From Candidatus Poribacteria bacterium (lineage in GTDB: Bacteria; Poribacteria; WGA-4E; WGA-3G), in the NCBI GenBank assembly GCA_964291315.2, contig OZ219753.1, forward strand, positions 2,080,001 through 2,144,000: a stretch of 64,000 nt of DNA, written 5' to 3'. Numbering within the stretch: the stretch's first letter is position 1; every line of letters begins with the position of its first letter. Under the pieces are notes generated by a model. The model ran no database searches and was not told the DNA's origin. It was given only the letters and a program-made list of their open reading frames with translations. Below are positions 61,697 through 64,000 of the stretch, one piece after another. The translations under genes and the position numbers were made by a program.

Positions 61697-64000
61697 CTAT
61701 TCTTGTGCTAGTAAGCCTTCAACGATCTGTTGTGCGTTTTCCATTTTCGGGTAGCGAATTTCCCGATAACCGCGGACTTCCTCAACACATTCCAACGCTT
61801 GGAGATGCTTCTCGTATGTCTCGGCATTAATAGGAGTAAAAGTATCAATCACACGGGTAATATACCATTCCCGGAACGCTTTTTCTTTTGCGTGCCACTG
61901 CGGTAGCCATCGTCTGAGAAACTTCATGCATTTCATGAGGTTCAGTTGCCAATTTCGTGTATCAATATCGCGTTCAAGATCAAACCCCATCACAGTGAAA
62001 TGCGGCCGGTTCAAATGAAGATACCGGATCCTATCTCCGTTTGCTGTATCGACCTTATACAGTGCTTTGTCTCGTTCTAACTTTTCTTTCCTCGTTAATA
62101 GGTGCGCGACGTAGACTTCATCCTTAATCAACATCACTTTATGAAGATATCTAATGGCAGCTTTTGTTGCTCTATAGCCGTAATTGTCAGAATCGTGTGT
62201 GTAAACCTGGTGAATCTTTTCAACATATCTACGTGCGTAGTTTATATCTTCAAATTGAATGAGATCGTAAATATAGAGAGCTAGCATTCGGTTGACCTCG
62301 CCGGAGTCGACGTTTAGTTTTTTTACTATATTTTCGACGAGCCTCCCGTATTCCTGCGCCAAACGTCCTCCGCGCCATTTCCGTGCCAAAATCTGTTGTT
62401 TTGATTTAAGAAGTTCAGTATAAGTTAGTAGCGTCTTTACTGTTGATGTGTTTACAGAAGATTCAGAGGTTTCGAGTGCTAAGCGCCGTCCCACGGTGAA
62501 GGCGCTCATATTGGTATCCAAATCGGCATGTGGGATCATCTGTTTGAGCGCTAGTTGTAACGGTTCTAACTCAAGAGGTATCAGTTGGCGCTGGAAAGCG
62601 GTGCCGAGGAGCATCATGTTCGCATATAACTTGTTTCCGAACAACTGTTCGGAGATTGCGAACAGGTCTATGCCAAAATAAGCATCGAGGTTGGTATGCG
62701 CTTGGAGTGTCTCTTCAAGGGCCTCCGGTTCGAAATCATCTTTGCCGATGAGGGTGGATATGGTTTCGGTTTTTGCTGTATTTACGACGGCAGCAGTGCG
62801 CGTTGGAGATGCAATACGAAAAAGGGAATTTGCACCGATGCCGCGGACCGCTTCCAAGATGTCAAGGCCTAACAAAAGATCCGCCTTGCCATACGGGATC
62901 ATAGTTGAGGCGTGAAAACCAGGTTGTGTATAAGCGATATGGGTATAGACACCGCCGTTTCGAATTGCTAAGCCTTTCCTGTCACAGAATGTCACATCGT
63001 AGCCTTGGAGGTACCCCGCAACAACCAGAACTTTGGAGATCATACCGATACCCATGCCTCCGACACCGGCTGCGTAGATATTCCAGCTCCGTTCAAAGGT
63101 CCGTGGGGGCGGCGGCGGTAAAGGCGTATCACTGAGGAGGTCCGGATAACCTGATTCTACGTTCTGACTTTGAGGTGGGCGTTTACGTGTGACGATAACC
63201 TCTTCAAATGCCGGGCAGGCGTATTTAATCCGGGCACACGCGCCATCGGCAACACAATTCGAGCGGTCGATAGCAATTTTCTCACCGTAATCGGTATCAA
63301 TGATTTTTAGACCGGGGCATCCTGTAGCAGTGGTACATTCCCTGCAAAATTCGCAGACTTCGGGGGTAATATTGATATGTTTTTCGTATTTGAGGAATCC
63401 CTTGTGCGCTATTGTTTTTCGTTGCTCTCTGCGGATTCTGCGATAATAGGTAATAGCGCACTCTTTATCAGCAATGATAATCTTCACTCCGGGTTTAAGA
63501 ATGGTTTTTTCAAGGTATTTTTTGTAGTTCACCCGATCTTCGGGGTTAGTGCGCACGATGTCTATTTCGGAGTCACCAGCGAGCCCTTGCGCGACCTGTT
63601 CAATGTCTTGCGCGAAGGTAGGATTACCGAGGATGTCGCGTTCATCAGCCGGGGTGGGTTGATGCCCTGTCATCGCAGTCGTCTGGTTGTCTAAGATGAT
63701 ATAGGCAATGTCTTGGTTGTTTTTGATTGAGTCGGAGATCGCCGCCATGCCGCCGTGGAAGAAGGTCGAGTCGCCCATGAAGACAACTTGCTTGTTTTGA
63801 ATAAAGGGGTCGATGCCTGCGCCTGCGCCGCCCCCCAATGCCATAGCAGAGAGGTTGTGCATCAGCCTTGGGAACGGCTCATATTTGAGCATAGAATAAC
63901 ATCCGATATCTCCATGAAAGACGAGATCCACGAGCCCGGAATTGTGATGCTTCTTCATATAGTCGGGATCCATAAATTGCTCGGTAATCTCAAGGAAGAC
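61697..64000 (-). CDS. indolepyruvate:ferredoxin oxidoreductase family fused protein (5' end outside window)
   Basis: GDIGCY, GDSTFFH, TAMTGHQP (TPP-binding), Cys-rich ferredoxin segment, GVGGMG, KDEVYVA; frame open to the window edge. Confidence 0.88.
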   Translation of the reverse strand, partial: VFLEITEQFMDPDYMKKHHNSGLVDLVFHGDIGCYSMLKYEPFPRLMHNLSAMALGGGAGAGIDPFIQNKQVVFMGDSTFFHGGMAAISDSIKNNQDIAYIILDNQTTAMTGHQPTPADERDILGNPTFAQDIEQVAQGLAGDSEIDIVRTNPEDRVNYKKYLEKTILKPGVKIIIADKECAITYYRRIRREQRKTIAHKGFLKYEKHINITPEVCEFCRECTTATGCPGLKIIDTDYGEKIAIDRSNCVADGACARIKYACPAFEEVIVTRKRPPQSQNVESGYPDLLSDTPLPPPPPRTFERSWNIYAAGVGGMGIGMISKVLVVAGYLQGYDVTFCDRKGLAIRNGGVYTHIAYTQPGFHASTMIPYGKADLLLGLDILEAVRGIGANSLFRIASPTRTAAVVNTAKTETISTLIGKDDFEPEALEETLQAHTNLDAYFGIDLFAISEQLFGNKLYANMMLLGTAFQRQLIPLELEPLQLALKQMIPHADLDTNMSAFTVGRRLALETSESSVNTSTVKTLLTYTELLKSKQQILARKWRGGRLAQEYGRLVENIVKKLNVDSGEVNRMLALYIYDLIQFEDINYARRYVEKIHQVYTHDSDNYGYRATKAAIRYLHKVMLIKDEVYVAHLLTRKEKLERDKALYKVDTANGDRIRYLHLNRPHFTVMGFDLERDIDTRNWQLNLMKCMKFLRRWLPQWHAKEKAFREWYITRVIDTFTPINAETYEKHLQALECVEEVRGYREIRYPKMENAQQIVEGLLAQE

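Overview
Bacterial chromosomal window. The LRR+dockerin-like protein, multi-FGE protein, RraA/HpcH pair, PhyH dioxygenase and sulfatase-like gene suggest Candidatus Poribacteria or a similar sponge/marine lineage (inference only). Contents in order: a minus-strand dcw cluster (rsmH-ftsL-ftsI-murE-[alpha/beta hydrolase-membrane-anchored murF-ddl]-mraY-murD-ftsW-murG-murC-ftsQ-ftsA; no mraZ or murB), hydantoinase B, RNase P RNA, an LRR protein, class II RNR nrdJ, tyrS, two aldolase-family genes, an ECF sigma/anti-sigma/DUF4252 operon, an accessory island (two related exported hypotheticals, an inverted gene remnant, a single-chain restriction-modification enzyme), a full F1Fo ATP synthase operon with a DUF1992 gene between atpG and atpD, PhyH, a sulfatase-like gene, envelope genes, an M48 protease, a 3xFGE-domain protein with an 888-bp near-perfect tandem duplication, zapA, aroE and a partial IOR-family oxidoreductase. 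Best leads: a consensus sigma54 -24/-12 promoter heading the mraZ-less dcw cluster, the hydrolase/TM-MurF/Ddl cassette, DUF1992 inside the atp operon plus an atypical c subunit, the freshly duplicated FGE/CLec protein, and a Thr-nucleophile sulfatase-like enzyme. All calls are by eye; no database searches were run.
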